64,000 nt of DNA from assembly GCA_964270895.1 (NCBI GenBank), contig OZ185437.1. One strand, 5' to 3'. The stretch is from Podarcis filfolensis (taxonomy: Eukaryota). The translations under genes and the position numbers were made by a program. Shown piece after piece: positions 20,501 through 33,429 of this stretch (position 1 is the stretch's first letter; every line of letters begins with the position of its first letter). The notes under the pieces are model-generated. The model saw nothing but the letters and a program-made list of their open reading frames with translations, was not told the DNA's origin and searched no databases.

Positions 20501-23500
20501 CTAGGAGAATTTCTGTCAGCAGCATTTTTGTCAGTAACATCTAAACAATTATAAATATAAAATCCCCAGTTCAAACACAATTCTCAGCAAACCCTTGCAA
20601 TTCTATTCGGTTATTCAGGTTAGGAAGCATAATGGTTCCTTTACCCATGATTTCTTGGAACTACTGAAGAAAGCATTGGGCTCACACTATGCAACTTCTT
20701 ACATGTTCAACCACAAGCAACGTACTTTAAAATGTACCTATTTGTTCAGTATGCACAGCAGTTCACCTTGCATTCAGTGATGTGTAGTCAAGTAATGAAA
20801 GCAGATGGAAACAGAGTTTGGGAGAGAAGAGCGCTACAAGCACATTTCACATACATCTTTTCTGAGTAAGAGAATCAAGATCCTTATAGGAATCTGTTGA
20901 TCCTATAAATCAAGAGCTTGAATTATCTAAAGTTTGCTCAAGCATTTATAAACCTTTGGGTATGTTATGTGTACCTAACTTGACTCTAGCCATTCTCTCC
21001 CCTCGCCATGCATCTTATATCAGCACCATATCAGTGACATCCAGTGTCGCGCTAGCCGATAACTTTACAAAAGGTCATATATGTCCACTTTTTTGCCCAA
21101 ATTTGGTTCTATGTCCTTTCTCAAGCCGGTCATATGTGTAGTTAAATGACAATGCTGGTTGTGTGGCTTTAAAGTTGGAGTGCATACAACCATTTTGTTC
21201 TTGCCTTAATAGCTACTAGTGGAAGCACTAGTGGAGGCACAGAGAACTTGCTTGCTAGCAGGCTTGCTAGCTTTCTCTAGCTTAGCCCAAGGGGAACAGC
21301 TTTTTCTAATAACTAAGAGTGCAAATTTTAACTAATTAAGGACAGGTTGATTAAAGTTGTTTTTATTCAACTCAAAAAGGAATCCTTGCTTAATTGTTTA
21401 AAAAAATGTTTTTAAGTAAGCATAAACAACAGGTGACAGACACCATCTTTAAAGAGGCACCCCCTTCAATTATGTAAAGGAGGGAATGCCTCTCTAAAAT
21501 TGCACTTGCTGCAAAATACATGTACACTATCTAAAAACAGAGTTTTCTGCAAACTATTATTTTAGTCAAATGAATTTTAACAAAAATTAATTAAATCAGC
21601 ATTATTTGATAAACCAACTATGATTTCTTTAAATAGAATGGCAGCCCTACTAATAAGCAAGCTCATACAGGCATGGCCAATGAAATGGTCCCAAACTCAT
21701 CCATACCATCTGATACTCCTTTTCTTCCTCTGTCATTTCTGGTTCGCTTTGCTCCTCTTGAGGAGCTGGAGAGGGACTTCTACTGACTTTTCCACTACTT
21801 GTAGCTTCTACGTTATCAAGATCTTCATCTTCTTCATCACTATCCTATAAGAAAAGAGTTATGAAATAGGTTAAAATACGGGTTAGTATTCAATGCAGCA
21901 TTATTACAACTGTTCTGTCAGTGCAATAAACTTTTTCACTTACAAATTTACTTTTCTGAGGTAACCGTGGTCCATCTTCTTCTCCTGTGTGAGCATTTTC
22001 CTTTTTTTCTTTCTTAGACAACTGAGAACGCTGCTGCTCCATTCTCTCTTTCTCTAGCTTCTTTTGCTTTTCTCGTTCCATCTTCTCTAGGCCCTCACGA
22101 ATCCATGCAGGCAGAGTTCGGCGTTTAACAGCATCTAAATATTCATACAGAAAAATAGTTTCTTAAAAATGAACCCATTCATTTTCTTTTTAAGCTCATC
22201 AGATAATTGATGTGTTTGAGGTTTTTAGGATGTTTCACGGGGAGAAAGTCACTGTAGCTTTCTAATTCTCTTCCTAGGCTAAGCTAGACATTGTGGTGGC
22301 AAAGACATAAATAGGAGTTGGGATGTGGCTAAGGTAAAGGACCCCTGGACAGTTAAGTCCAGTGAAAGGCGACTATGGGGTTGAAGTGCTCATCTCGCTT
22401 TCAGGCCGAGGGAGCTGGCGTTTGTCCACAGACAGCTTTCTGGGTCATATGGCTAGCATGATAAACTGCTTCTGGCGCAAGAGAACACCGCGACGGAAAC
22501 CAGAGCGCACGGAAACGCCTTTTACCTTCCCGCCACAGCAGTATCTATTTATCTACTTGCACTGGCGTGCTTTTGAACTGCTAGGTAGGCAGGAGCTGGG
22601 ACAGAGCTACAGGAGCTCACACCGCCATTTGAAATCCACAGCATAGGAAGGTGCAAGGGAAATCTCCTGCCCATGCATTCTCTCAGCATTTTCTCTCCTA
22701 TTGGGGCTCCAAGATCAGCACGCTCAAGCTGTGATAGTACTGTACTGATAACAGGAGCTGGTTCAGCCCAAGGCACTACATTTATTAAAATTAATATGAT
22801 GAGGACATACCGATTTGAGGAGTCTCCTGTTTTGCAGGTAATGTGATAGGTGAACGCTGGCGATCTCTGAATGCTGGCCTCTCCCTTCGATTCTGAGGTG
22901 GTGCAGGAGGTGCTGGAGGACCTGGAGGGCCTGGTGGTCCAGGCTGCCAGTAAGGTGGATGAAACCCACCTTGAGGTGGACCAAAATTAGCCCCATGCTG
23001 AAAGAGTAATGAAGCTCATTTTCTTTCAGATCAATGCTACACATTTCCTAACTTTAATATTTGGTCTGTACAAAAATGCACAGTAGAAAGAACCTTACTA
23101 AAGTTGAATAGAAGCCCTTTTAATATTTTAAGGGACAGCCTATATTCTCTGAACTGTGAAAGTGACAGTTTCAGAAAAGAAAATTGACTAGTCCTTCTCA
23201 TTTCAGAATTCAGAAATAGGAATTTTGCATTACTGTAACACAACATAAATAAACTGGAAAAGTTCCAAGTCCCTTCTGTATTGGATGGGTGTTGGAAGAG
23301 AAGATTTAAGTAGATAAATTAATTATATTAATTTCAACTACAATTATCAGCTTGATTTATAGTTCAAAGGAAAGCCACCGTAGCTGCAGTAAGCCAGCTG
23401 CTAGTTTGGGATATAAAGTCAAGGAACATAACATCTAAGTTTCTTTCTTTTTAAATCATACTTGCCCCCGGTTATGAGAGTTGTAAATTAGTTTATGCTA

Positions 23501-26500
23501 TCTCTGTTCTAAGGAATGGTGTGGGTTTTTTGGCTGCCTCTTACTGTTTAATTTCATTTTAATTGTTATATGTCGTACTTTAATATTTTTGTAAGCTGCC
23601 TAGGGAAACTATATAAGTGTGATATGTGTGAGAACAATCCGCATAGCAATGTCTGCGTCAATCTCAGTCCCAAAAATTCAATGTGTTTATTTTTATTTGT
23701 GCGTAGAGCTTCAGCTGACCAATCTAACAATTACATTAAAGTCTGCAGCATTTTTCTCAGTTAAAAAAGGCCAGGGGGAAAAACTTGTAATATCTACATC
23801 TAATAAGCATGTGGGGATTTGACACAGAAGTGAAAAAGGGAAAAGAAAGAGCACTGAAAGAGTCATTCTCCACTGATGTTTACTTAAAAAAATCATTTAC
23901 AACTTCATATTTGACTGCCATATACCATACTTTATAACACTGTATAACATTGACAAACTGTTTATAATGGCAATTCAGAAAAGTGTAGGCATGTTTAAGT
24001 GCCACTGAAATTAATGGAACTTGGCACTTCCTCTGAAAAGCCTAATCCAGAAAGCCCACACAGACTCAAAAGCATAAATGTGCACAGCGGTCCACACTGC
24101 TCACTTCAATCCACACACCTAAAGAAATATACACGTCCAGTAAAATGAATGGAGATGCTTTTTCAGGTAGAGGTGTTGCTTGCACATACTGGGACTCTTG
24201 CCCAGGAAAAATAACAGAACCAGAGTAAATGGCTATAATTTTGGCCAGTTCTACACTTCTAAATTACTGTATTTCAGAGAAGCTTAGTTGTGTGCAGGAG
24301 CGCAGAATTCATTTTGGAAACTGATATTGTGGGCATAATTCACCTTTATGAATCAAATCAAACTGGTGAGAGGTGGAAAATAAATACTAAATCATCTAGG
24401 CTATCTTTCTAAACAGGCAGTTCCTTCTCAGAATACACTTGTTCATGTATTTAAGCATTTTGTTTTCTTTCATATTTTTCTCTTTTACACAAAACTTATT
24501 GCATTGGAAAACAAGGTGTTTTAAGAACCAACTTATAAAGAGGTGTTCACAATGCAGGTGGTTTGCAGATGACAAATTGTATCTGAGCAAACAATAAAAC
24601 TTGTGGATTCTGTTGAAAATCAGCACTAGAGGCACAACTCCGTGGAATGGGCTCTGCATGCTTACAATATTTAAGCAAGAAATGTTTCACCTGATAGTCA
24701 AACTGGTTCACTGGGCCCATTGCAAAGTTATCAGGTGGTGGTCCCCCAAAGTTGTGATTATTCTGACTAAATATATGCCTGTTGTCAGGGGCAAATTCCC
24801 CACTGTCCTGACTGTTGCTGTCTTCCGATGGAGGAACAATATCCATTGGGCCTGGTGCTGGAGGAATCCATGGCTGCTCTGGAGGTGGATGAGGGGGTTG
24901 GTGGGGCATGCTCCAGTCTGTTTGGATTTAAAATCAAAATGTTAACAACTCATTTTTTTCATTTCTTCTCTTGAGACTTTCAAAATAAAACCTTTAATGT
25001 AAAATACACACAAATATATACCTTAATAAAGCTAGCATTCATTGTTTGTGTCCGGTCTATCACTGATATTCCTTCTTGATTTTTGTTTGCTGGCTAAATA
25101 TACCATGAAATCAACCAAAATCAGGACGATCTTGTGTTTCATCATCCATAACGTACTAAGAGCTAGTTGTGGACTTGAAAAAGGATCATGAAACAAGCCA
25201 GTGAGGAAGAACACTGTTCTTGGCTAGTTTATCCAAGTAGCTTACCATTTCCCTTAGCATATAGCTGTACTAGGCACAAAGGCAGAACTGAGGATGGGGG
25301 GACAGGGATGACTTTCAACTATACATTTCCATACTGTATCCTTTAACCAGCCTAATTTTAAATACATATAAGAGTTTGTAAAACTGAAAAATCCTTCATG
25401 TACATTAAGCAATGTACCCTAAGTACATTTGTGCCATTTTAACAAATAAAGTTAGCCCATTTGAAGCATAGAGGAAGAACAGCAGCAACTGCTGAAAAAG
25501 CACCAGACTTACTGGTATGAAAGTCTGTGTATGAAATGTCTGTGAGGGAACAGAAAACATTTTGATCTATAGATTGCTATCTGACCAGAACCTGAATCTG
25601 ACTACAGCTGGCTGATTAAGGCAGCATCTAGGTGCGTATCACAGAGCACTACAAAGGGCAGAACTATATGCTCTAATTTACATTCTGTGCATTAACAGAG
25701 AAAATAATTCAAAGCCAATGAGGTTTGGATCTTGCAGTCAATTTGCCTTTTCCAAGGACGCTCCAGGCTTTGAAAGATAGAGCATATCAGTGTTAGAATC
25801 CAAAAGCAAAGAGGAAAGTATTAAAAAACAAACCTGGCTGCCACATTCTGTTGAAGTTTGGATCACCCTGAAAGTTGCCATGGTTGTTTGGACCAGGCTC
25901 CATGCCTGTCATCTCCTGGCCATTTGGCATCATCCCTTGCTGTTCCACTACACTCTGCTGCCCCGAAGCTTCTCGCTGAGCAATCCATGCTTGAGCTAAT
26001 GCTGCCCAGTCAATTTGGCCTAGAAATAAAATTAGATTTTCAACGTACAGATTTCCATGGCAGAATTAGGAAGACATATTTGTCAAGCCCATCAGAACAG
26101 CACCTTATTCACATGTCATAGGAAGTATATTAAAAGCTTACTTTTAAAAGTGTCCTTCACATAATTTATATGCATTAATCTAACACTATTTTCTGTTTCA
26201 AATAAGGCAAATAATCATTAGATTTAGGCTGTAATCCTATATACACACACATAGAAATGAGCCCCAGTGAACACAGTGGGACTTCCTTCTTAAGACTGCA
26301 CCTTAAGACTACCAAAGCAGTTCATTGTCCTATTACAGTTTCTTCCAATCCTCCATTTCAAAAATATCTAATAAACAGAATTTGTCAGCTGTATTCAGAG
26401 AATGAAACCTGTAATGGTACTAATACTCCAGTTGCTATAATGCACATACATATTTAGCATGCATACTTAAGCTTCAATGGATTTAGTGAAACTTATTCCT

Positions 26501-27433
26501 GAATATGTAGGAATGGGCTGCACCCCTGCAATCCTGAACACACACCAATTTTAATGGGATTTAAAGATTTAAGCAGTCTACATGAAGGCTTGCTGCCTAA
26601 AAGGTTCAAATCAACATCACACTGAAGTCAAGGGGAAAACTGCCGATGGATTTAAATTGATGTGGTATGCGCCTGTTTTAAATTGCAGCCTATCTTCTTT
26701 CTCCCATCTCCCAGAAGCTATTTTTTGGGGGGGAAATACTTTTCAGCCAGACAACCTAAATTTACTATCATTTTCAAGGCTGAAAGTTGCAATATTATCT
26801 TTGTGTACCCATGTTACCCAAGTAGGATTCATTGTAAGTATTCTAGCAGAGCCCGGGTCTTTAGTTAGTGCATTCTGATCTGATTGAGGGGTGCTGGTGC
26901 TGACCATAATAGTTTTAAAACACTGTAACAAATTGTCAACCAACCTACTTCAAGTCAACATACAAGAAATCAAAAGATAGCAAATAAAATACTAACAGTT
27001 GTATTCAACCTAGTGTTACGTGTACAAGGTTTTCCACTTGTGCAATGGAATTCTCACCCTCTCTCCTTCCCTTGCCTCCCCAATTTATTACAGGGGTTCC
27101 CTCAATTTTCTGCAGATTTGGGGAGGCCTTGGGGTGCAAGCAGTGGATGTGAGAGGGAGAAAGTTTCGTTGTGCTAATGAGAATCCTTGCACTGGTGGGA
27201 CATGTTAGTTGCATGCTGCCCTATGGAACAGATTAGCTTGATTAATTCTGTAGCAGGTGAAAGATCATGTCCTCGTCAAATTCCTAAAATGCTAATTGCT
27301 GTGCTAGCTTTTATCTTGAAAGCACTTTTCCAGCTATTCACTTACTTGGATCTTGCTGGTGCTGAAATGACTGCATCCATTGCTGCTGATTCAAAGGCCA
27401 CTGTTGCCAAGGCTGTCCGCTTTGATCCCACAT
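16399..27433 (-). CDS. PNISR: Arginine/serine-rich protein PNISR (SFRS18); join of 27346-27433, 25834-26019, 24691-24917, 22811-22997, 21944-22134, 21707-21844, 20441-20540, a short exon ending at 19726 (mostly in N gap), 18357-18527, 16399-17516
   Basis: Starts MWDQSGQPWQQWPLNQQQWMQSFQHQQDPSQIDWAALAQAWIAQRE; contains RRTLPAWIREGLEKMERE and MLLTKMLLTEILLDVT; ends in an RS/K-rich tail SRKHKSKSRSR. Phases are consistent across all exons if the gapped exon is a multiple of 3 nt. Confidence 0.96.
18357..18527 (-). CDS. PNISR: PNISR coding exon 9 (GLGGYGSGDSDDERSDRGSESSDTDDEELRHRIRQKQEAFWRKEREQQLLLEKQLE)
   Basis: Weak acceptor TTTATGCACGCAG, donor G|GTAGGA; 171 nt. Confidence 0.94.
19726..19735 (-). 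CDS. PNISR: Visible 3' end (TGL) of PNISR coding exon 8; the remainder lies in the N gap
   Basis: ACTGGACTTG|GTAAGT abuts the gap; matches the end of the conserved APAKQLAQSSALASLTGL segment, which is otherwise missing. Confidence 0.85.
19736..19893. other. Assembly gap (158 N)
   Basis: Run of n characters. Confidence 0.99.
20441..20540 (-). CDS. PNISR: PNISR coding exon 7 (MLLTKMLLTEILLDVTNEEIYYVAKDAHRKAIK)
   Basis: Acceptor TTGTTTAG, donor G|GTATGT; 100 nt. Confidence 0.95.
21707..21844 (-). CDS. PNISR: PNISR coding exon 6 (DSDEEDEDLDNVEAT...EEEKEYQM)
   Basis: Acceptor TTTCTTATAG, donor ATG|GTATGG; 138 nt. Confidence 0.95.
21944..22134 (-). CDS. PNISR: PNISR coding exon 5 (DAVKRRTLPAWIREGLEKMEREKQKK...QKSKF)
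   Basis: Acceptor ATTTAG, donor TTT|GTAAGT; 191 nt. Confidence 0.95.
22331..22632 (-). mobile_element. Sauria SINE, diverged, lacking most of the head
   Basis: AAGGTAAAGGACCCCTGG...GGAAACGCC...CTATTTATCTACTTGCAC, similar to 47914-48260. Confidence 0.85.
22811..22997 (-). CDS. PNISR: PNISR coding exon 4 (HGANFGPPQGGFHPPYWQPGPPGPPGPPAPPAPPQNRRERP...ETPQI)
   Basis: Acceptor CTCTTTCAG, donor G|GTATGT; 187 nt. Confidence 0.94.
24691..24917 (-). CDS. PNISR: PNISR coding exon 3 (DWSMPHQPPHPPPEQPW...VNQFDYQ)
   Basis: Acceptor CAAACAG, donor CAG|GTGAAA; 227 nt. Confidence 0.94.
25834..26019 (-). CDS. PNISR: PNISR coding exon 2 (SQIDWAALAQAWIAQREASGQQ...NFNRMWQP)
   Basis: Acceptor TTTCTAG, weak donor G|GTTTGT; 186 nt. 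Confidence 0.92.
27346..27433 (-). CDS. PNISR: PNISR first coding exon, CDS part (MWDQSGQ...QDP)
   Basis: ATG at 27433; donor A|GTAAGT; 88 nt coding. Confidence 0.95.
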
Positions 27434-28567
27434 CTTTAGTTCTTTATATATTCTACATTTAATCAAAAATAACAGTTGATGTTTGAGTTGAAGCTTCATG
27501 TGTTTAGAGTCATTTAACTCTTTCAAAAGTCATAAATTATATTTTAAACTAAAATTAACTACCCAAACATTATCTCAAACAGATCAAGTAGCATTTCCAT
27601 TTTGTTCCAATTCCTGGTAGCATCCAGAAACACTTATATACCAGACAATTGCAAATAACAGAACTGCCATTTCATATTGCAGGATTGTCATCAGTTGAGA
27701 AACAAGTAAACACTTCCAGAACTTTACACTTTCAGAAAACTGGTCAATTTAGATTTACATGAATTCCTAACAAAATTGTGAAGGAGAGGGAAACAACAAT
27801 AAACACTTTTGGGAAATAAATATATTGTGAAAAGATGTCTAGAAGAGTTGCCAAATCACAGGCACTGGCCCAGAAGTGCCTTCCAAAGAACTGCTGTCAG
27901 GAAAGATTAATTTAGTCTCTGTGACTAGACAGGTGATAACAAAAGTGTTCTCAAAGCACACTATGACTCTGAAGTGGCAACAAAAGCTAATTAATTATTG
28001 AGACTATAATGTATTATCATTTGCTTAAATAAAACTGCTACTGGGCGGGGTGGGGTGGGGAGTAGACCAGAAAGGTATCAATATGCTTTAAGAGACATGT
28101 TCCTTAGAAATACTTCTGGATACCTACAGAAACATTCCTACTAAGTACGATTCAACAAATATTTGTAACAATATTATTACAATTTCAAAAATGAAATTAT
28201 TATTATTATTTTATTGTAAATATTACACAAACACAGACAAACTCATAACAGGGGAAAGTGTAACTTCCTTCCTTACAATTCTATGAACGCTACCCTAAGC
28301 AGTGGAAACTACTGAAGAAAATGAGTATTTCTATTCTCCCAAGCAAACATGCTGGACCACTTTTTCTCATCACCACTCTGCTTGATCACTAAGGTCAGCA
28401 TCTGAGGCTCTTTCCCATGTGCTTCAACGCTGTATAGTAAGGCATGTGGCTACAAAGTATAAAAAGAGAATCACCTGTTCACTGTTCACATGCCAACTTG
28501 CCTGTGGAATGTTCTCCCCTGGGAGGCTCACCTGGCATTCACTTTGATGTCATTTTGGCACCAAATA

Positions 28568-28570
<3 letters not shown>

Positions 28571-28599
<29 letters not shown>
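28571..28599. repeat. (CA)n microsatellite
   Basis: About 14 CA units. Confidence 0.95.
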
Positions 28600-28603
<4 letters not shown>

Positions 28604-28716
28604 CCAATCTTCCAACATATTTATTACACTCCACTGATTTTTTATTTTATTATTATTGTATTTAGGTGTTACAAACAATTTATTAAAATAAATTGTTGTA
28701 TTATTTTCTAAGCTGC

Positions 28717-28755
28717 AATAATAATAATAATAATAATAATAGTAATAATAATAAT
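28717..28755. repeat. (AAT)n microsatellite adjoining an L2-like 3' tail remnant
   Basis: About 12 AAT units with one AGT, followed by TTTATTTATACCCCGCCC. Confidence 0.9.
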
Positions 28756-29304
28756 TTTTATTTATACCCCGCCCTGCCCAGCCAAGGCCGGGCTCTGGGA
28801 ATATATCCAGAATGGAAGGTGCTTGATATACATCTTTGAAATTATTATATACTGGATACAAAGAACCATGAACAAGAGATTTGAAAAAACAGCTTGCACA
28901 AAAATTCATATATAATAACAGGCAAGGGGAGGAATTCAACACCATACAGTAATGTGATTTGTCTTGCCAGATGGAATGCTCCCCTCTAACACCCCCCAGC
29001 CAATTTTGGGGGGCACACAGTGGAGAGAGGGAGCCCTGCTGAACAAGCAGAAGTCCTTGCACAGGGCTTTCATTGATGAGACTCATTCATCCATTGAATC
29101 CCACCCTTGGTTTATACTATAGCAGTTCAGATGCATCCACTAAGAGGCTGCAGAAGCTCTTGTGCAAGCAGGTGAATTTACTTTTACTTTCTTTGCACAA
29201 CATTCCAGTGTGAGATGGAAGACAATCTTTCCATAAACAGCAGGAAGCCATCTTCAAATCCAACCACTTGGTTTTGCCTCCAGTGTTTCACAGAAGCCCT
29301 ATAG

Positions 29305-29441
29305 CAGGAGTAGTCAATGTGGTGCCCTCCGGTTGTTGTCAGACTTCAACTCCCATCAACCCAATCATTGACTATAATGGTTGGGGCTGATAGGAGTTGA
29401 AGTTCAACAATGTCTGGAGGGCACCACTTTGCCTACCCCTG
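29305..29441. mobile_element. Palindromic hAT-like MITE
   Basis: Long imperfect inverted arms (GTGGTGCCCTCC...GGAGGGCACCAC); degenerate 8-bp flanks CCCTATAG / CCCTAGAA. Confidence 0.75.
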
Positions 29442-30583
29442 CCCTAGAATATTAGGGTACTAATCTACATGTGTTATTAAGACTGGATTTGTTTCCACTT
29501 GACTGAATAGGAAATACTTTACTTTACTAGATCTAGACATATTGTCCCTTCATGAACTATCCCTTCCATCTTTTGCCTTGTTTCTGAATGCCTTGCTCTT
29601 CTGGTGCAGCTAAGATACAATATTCCAGGCTTGAATTTTACAAGGGGGAACCCCAATTCCTTCTGATGCAGTTGGATTTAGAATCTAGAAATATGCTAAT
29701 GTTCAAACCATTCATATAAATTAAGACATGACCTATAGTTTCTGGGATTTTTAAACTTTTTGAACGAACAGAAGTGACAACAAACAATCCTACGATCATC
29801 TAGTACACAAGAAAAGTTATGCCATGATATATTTACACATAAAATATCTCACAGAACTATAAAATAGGTCTCTCCTTCATAAGTATTGTTTAATTCCAAA
29901 TGATGTGAAATTTGAAATACTAGAACTCATTCCGCTGGATTACCAATTTCCAAAGTAAATTCTAACAGATTGCTATTGCCTAGTTTTTATTATGTTTTAA
30001 TCCATTAGAGACCAATATCTTACTTATATTAAGAAAAACAATTATGGAATGCACTTCCTAATAATTTTGGGAAAATATTTTACTATGTTTTTCTGTATCA
30101 GAGCATTCCAAACATAAATGAAAAAGTTGCCTTTTGATTCTTGCCTTCTCCTCTATTTGCCTACTCTTCTTGTTGAACAGTATACAATTTCCAGGTGGAA
30201 AGTGTCAGTACAGAACCACTGAAAAGCAACACTCTATCTTACATGCCGCCCCAATTCTCATACATTCAGCTGAGATGGCACTGCAGCAGAATAATGATGA
30301 ATGAGTGGCACAAGACCACCCTCTCCTCCATGTATAACTGGCTCATCTGCTTAAGTTTGCATGGTGACATATTAATGTGACTTTATCCCTTCAAAGAGCA
30401 GGGGGAGCTCACAAGTCAAATGGGCATATGCAGAGAGCCAAGTTCGCACTAGAGACTGTTTATGTGTAGGTGAGGAGCAGCCGACATTGGTCCTCCACTG
30501 CTAAACTATTTTAACATGAGCCAGACAGTAAGTTTTCATCTATAAATATTCCCAAAATATGAATCATTTTCTTCTTCTGTACT

Positions 30584-30719
30584 AGGTGTAGGGAAGCTTT
30601 CACCCTCCAGATGTTGCTGAACTACTACTTCCATCATCCTTAGCCATTGGTCATGCTTGCAGTGTTGATGAGAGTTCTAGTTCAGCAACACCTGGAGGCC
30701 CAAAGGTTCTCCACATCTG
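30584..30719. mobile_element. Palindromic hAT-like MITE, same family as 29305-29441
   Basis: CCCTCCAGATGTTGCTGAACTAC...TAGTTCAGCAACACCTGGAGG. Confidence 0.7.
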
Positions 30720-32834
30720 TTCTAGATCTTCTACCATTTGTACATGCATTATTTTTCAGTGTTCTAAAAAATGATGCAATTGATACCTTTTTGATCTCAA
30801 ATGCTTTACTTCTATTAATAAAAGTTTCAAAATTATTCTTTCTGCCTTTGAACTTGCATCCCCAAGCTGGCTACCTACTCTCAGCAGATGGGAATATATG
30901 TGTAATTTCAGTAAAGGGCTGAAAACAGATGACCAGAACATACTAAACATACATGACTCCAACACAATCTAACATATGTACTCTATATAGAAGAGGCTGC
31001 AATTTCCTGTTTGTTACTAGTACCATGCTACATATGTTTCACTAAGATCTTCAATAGGTGCTCCCATCATCTGAGGTGCAACAGGTGGCTAAAGAAAACA
31101 ACCTACTCATTTTTCTTACAATTGGAGTGGATAGCCCTCCAATTGTAGAATGCTGTACCCAGGGAGCATTGCCTGAAAACGCCTGTAATTTCATGAGTAA
31201 GCAAATACCTATTTTCTGTTCAAGCCTTTTAATCCTATCTACATTACTTTTATGCTTTGGTGTTTGCTTTTATGCTGTTTGTTTATACTATGGTTTTTTA
31301 ATGTTTTTAATTTTAATCTTTTATAAACTATCCTGGAAAACTGTAGAACAGATTTGACCTGAACTAAAATCTATTTAATGGAAAACACTATTTCCCCTAA
31401 TTCTCAGACACCAGTTTGACTACACAGGATCATATGCAACAAGATACCTTCCTCGATTTCAGGCATTTAACAAATATATTTTACTTTTAAAGCCAAACTG
31501 GTCCTTTATATTTTATATTTATATTTCTTTAACTAATATCATATGCCTTGTATATGTCTATTTTGTCCTCTATTAAGCACACTGAAAATTCCAACAAGCA
31601 AAATGTTGCTGAGAAGCCATTAAGAGCATTCCCAGAACACCCATCACAGTATAACTAAGTCAGCTCCCAAAAATAAACTGCAATTGGCAAAAATGTGGCC
31701 AAGGCTGATGTACGATTTTGCTGAAAAGTAAACTTGGGTGCAGATGTTTCACGCATTAGGTGTGTGAAGTTATTCAAGCTTCAATGATTTCCAGAAGTGC
31801 AGCAAAGCCTTCCTGTCTGGAGTTTTGACAGCCAAAGTTTTGACACCCATGTGGTAATTTTAATTTCTAAATATTTTAACTAGGTAGTCTGTTTTTACTT
31901 TATTTTCTTGAGCTGCTATTATTCATCCCAAACCTTTCGAAAGAGGTGGGACTTAAAAAAAAAAAAAATATTTAGACAATGGCTGGTACAGAGAGACATC
32001 TGGATGTTATCAACATAGATTACCCAACAGTGAATTTTTGACTATCAGAGTATTTCAGTTTTCAGTGTATGTTGAGAAGTGTATGAAGTTGATAAGTATG
32101 TTTTAGTACCTTAGTTTCCCACCATAACCCCACTTATCTAGAAGTCTTATTGAATACAATAAGACCTACTTCTGAGCAGACTACGTTAGAATTAAGTTAT
32201 CAAAATAGCTGTATGATTTGAACACTATATGTTAGCATGGACAAGATAAGTCCTTTTGTACATATTCCTGAACACTGCATTCTACGTGCATTTCCATCAA
32301 TAATGTAACTGGTTCCATGCATACTGAAGCTTCTTTTCCATGAAATATTTACACTCAGGCCATCCAGAGTTGGTATACAGTGGGGACTAAGAACTGTCAA
32401 CTGTGAATTCCCTGTTTAAAATCTCAAAGCCATTAACTCAGCTGGTAGCATTCAGCAAAATTGCTACTCTCTCTTTCCTCCTCTTCCCATCTACAATGTC
32501 AGAATACTCTCCTACATTACAGAATCTTTATTAGGATTACTTAGATAGTGCATGTAAAACCACTTGAACTGCTGAAATAATCTGTATATAAAAGCTTAGT
32601 TCCCACCCCAATTTTTTGTGTACACAATCACAGATTTTACTGCTGTGAAGCAAAATGAAGTAGAGTGTTTCAGTTAGCACACATGCTTTCATAGCAAAAA
32701 TGTGAAAGGTTGCAAATTACCGGTAATCCTAACCATGATAATCTTTTATTTATTTCATTTATAGTTCAACTTTCTTCCATCATGGAACCCAAATCATTAT
32801 ACAGAAAGTTCCCAGACTGTCTCCCATCCCGGCA

Positions 32835-33190
32835 CTGATTATTTATTGCGTTTATATCCCACGCTTACTCCCCAAGGGACCCAGGCAGGCAAATAAGATA
32901 CACAACTTAAAAACAAAAAGCCAAAACATCCTGAAAACAATCAGTTAAAAAATCTCATGTATCAAAATCCATGGTAAATAGGTGCGTTTTCAGCATTTGC
33001 CAGAAGCTGTATAATGAGGATGCCAGAATAATGAGAAGATAACACAACTTCAGGGTTGCCACAGAAAATATGTTCTGCCACCGCTCCTCTTTGAGCATCT
33101 AGGGGCTAAGGAAACACCAAGGGGACTCCCCCTCTGCCGATCTGTGCAAGATCCGTGAGGTTAGAGCTGCCTTCCTGAGCCTCAATGCTT
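32835..33190 (-). mobile_element. Old L2-like 3' fragment
   Basis: TTATTTATTGCGTTTATATCCCAC tail-type motif followed by degenerate L2-like sequence. Confidence 0.5.
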
Positions 33191-33429
33191 GCGGCTAGGC
33201 CTCACTAAACTGAACAATGCTTACTGCCAAGTAAACATGTGCAGGGTACTGTTGAAAAACATCATCACAGTTCAAATGAATAACTGCAAGAATTTGACAA
33301 ACATTTTTGGGCCAGACGATTATGTAGCGAAGTATGAATTGCTTTACACGAGGGGAAAACCCACTTAGCTTAAAAAGCATCTATCCCCATTAGGGCAACT
33401 ATCAGCCAGTAATCCTATATCATAAAAAC

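Noticed and set aside
25100-25150. ATGATGA...CTGA on the minus strand resembling C and D' boxes of a C/D snoRNA in a PNISR intron
   Set aside because: No downstream D box at a suitable distance and no terminal stem.
30788-33420. Candidates for a second non-coding PNISR exon (about 30788-30873 and 33226-33415)
   Set aside because: Splice sites are ambiguous; cannot choose without transcript data.
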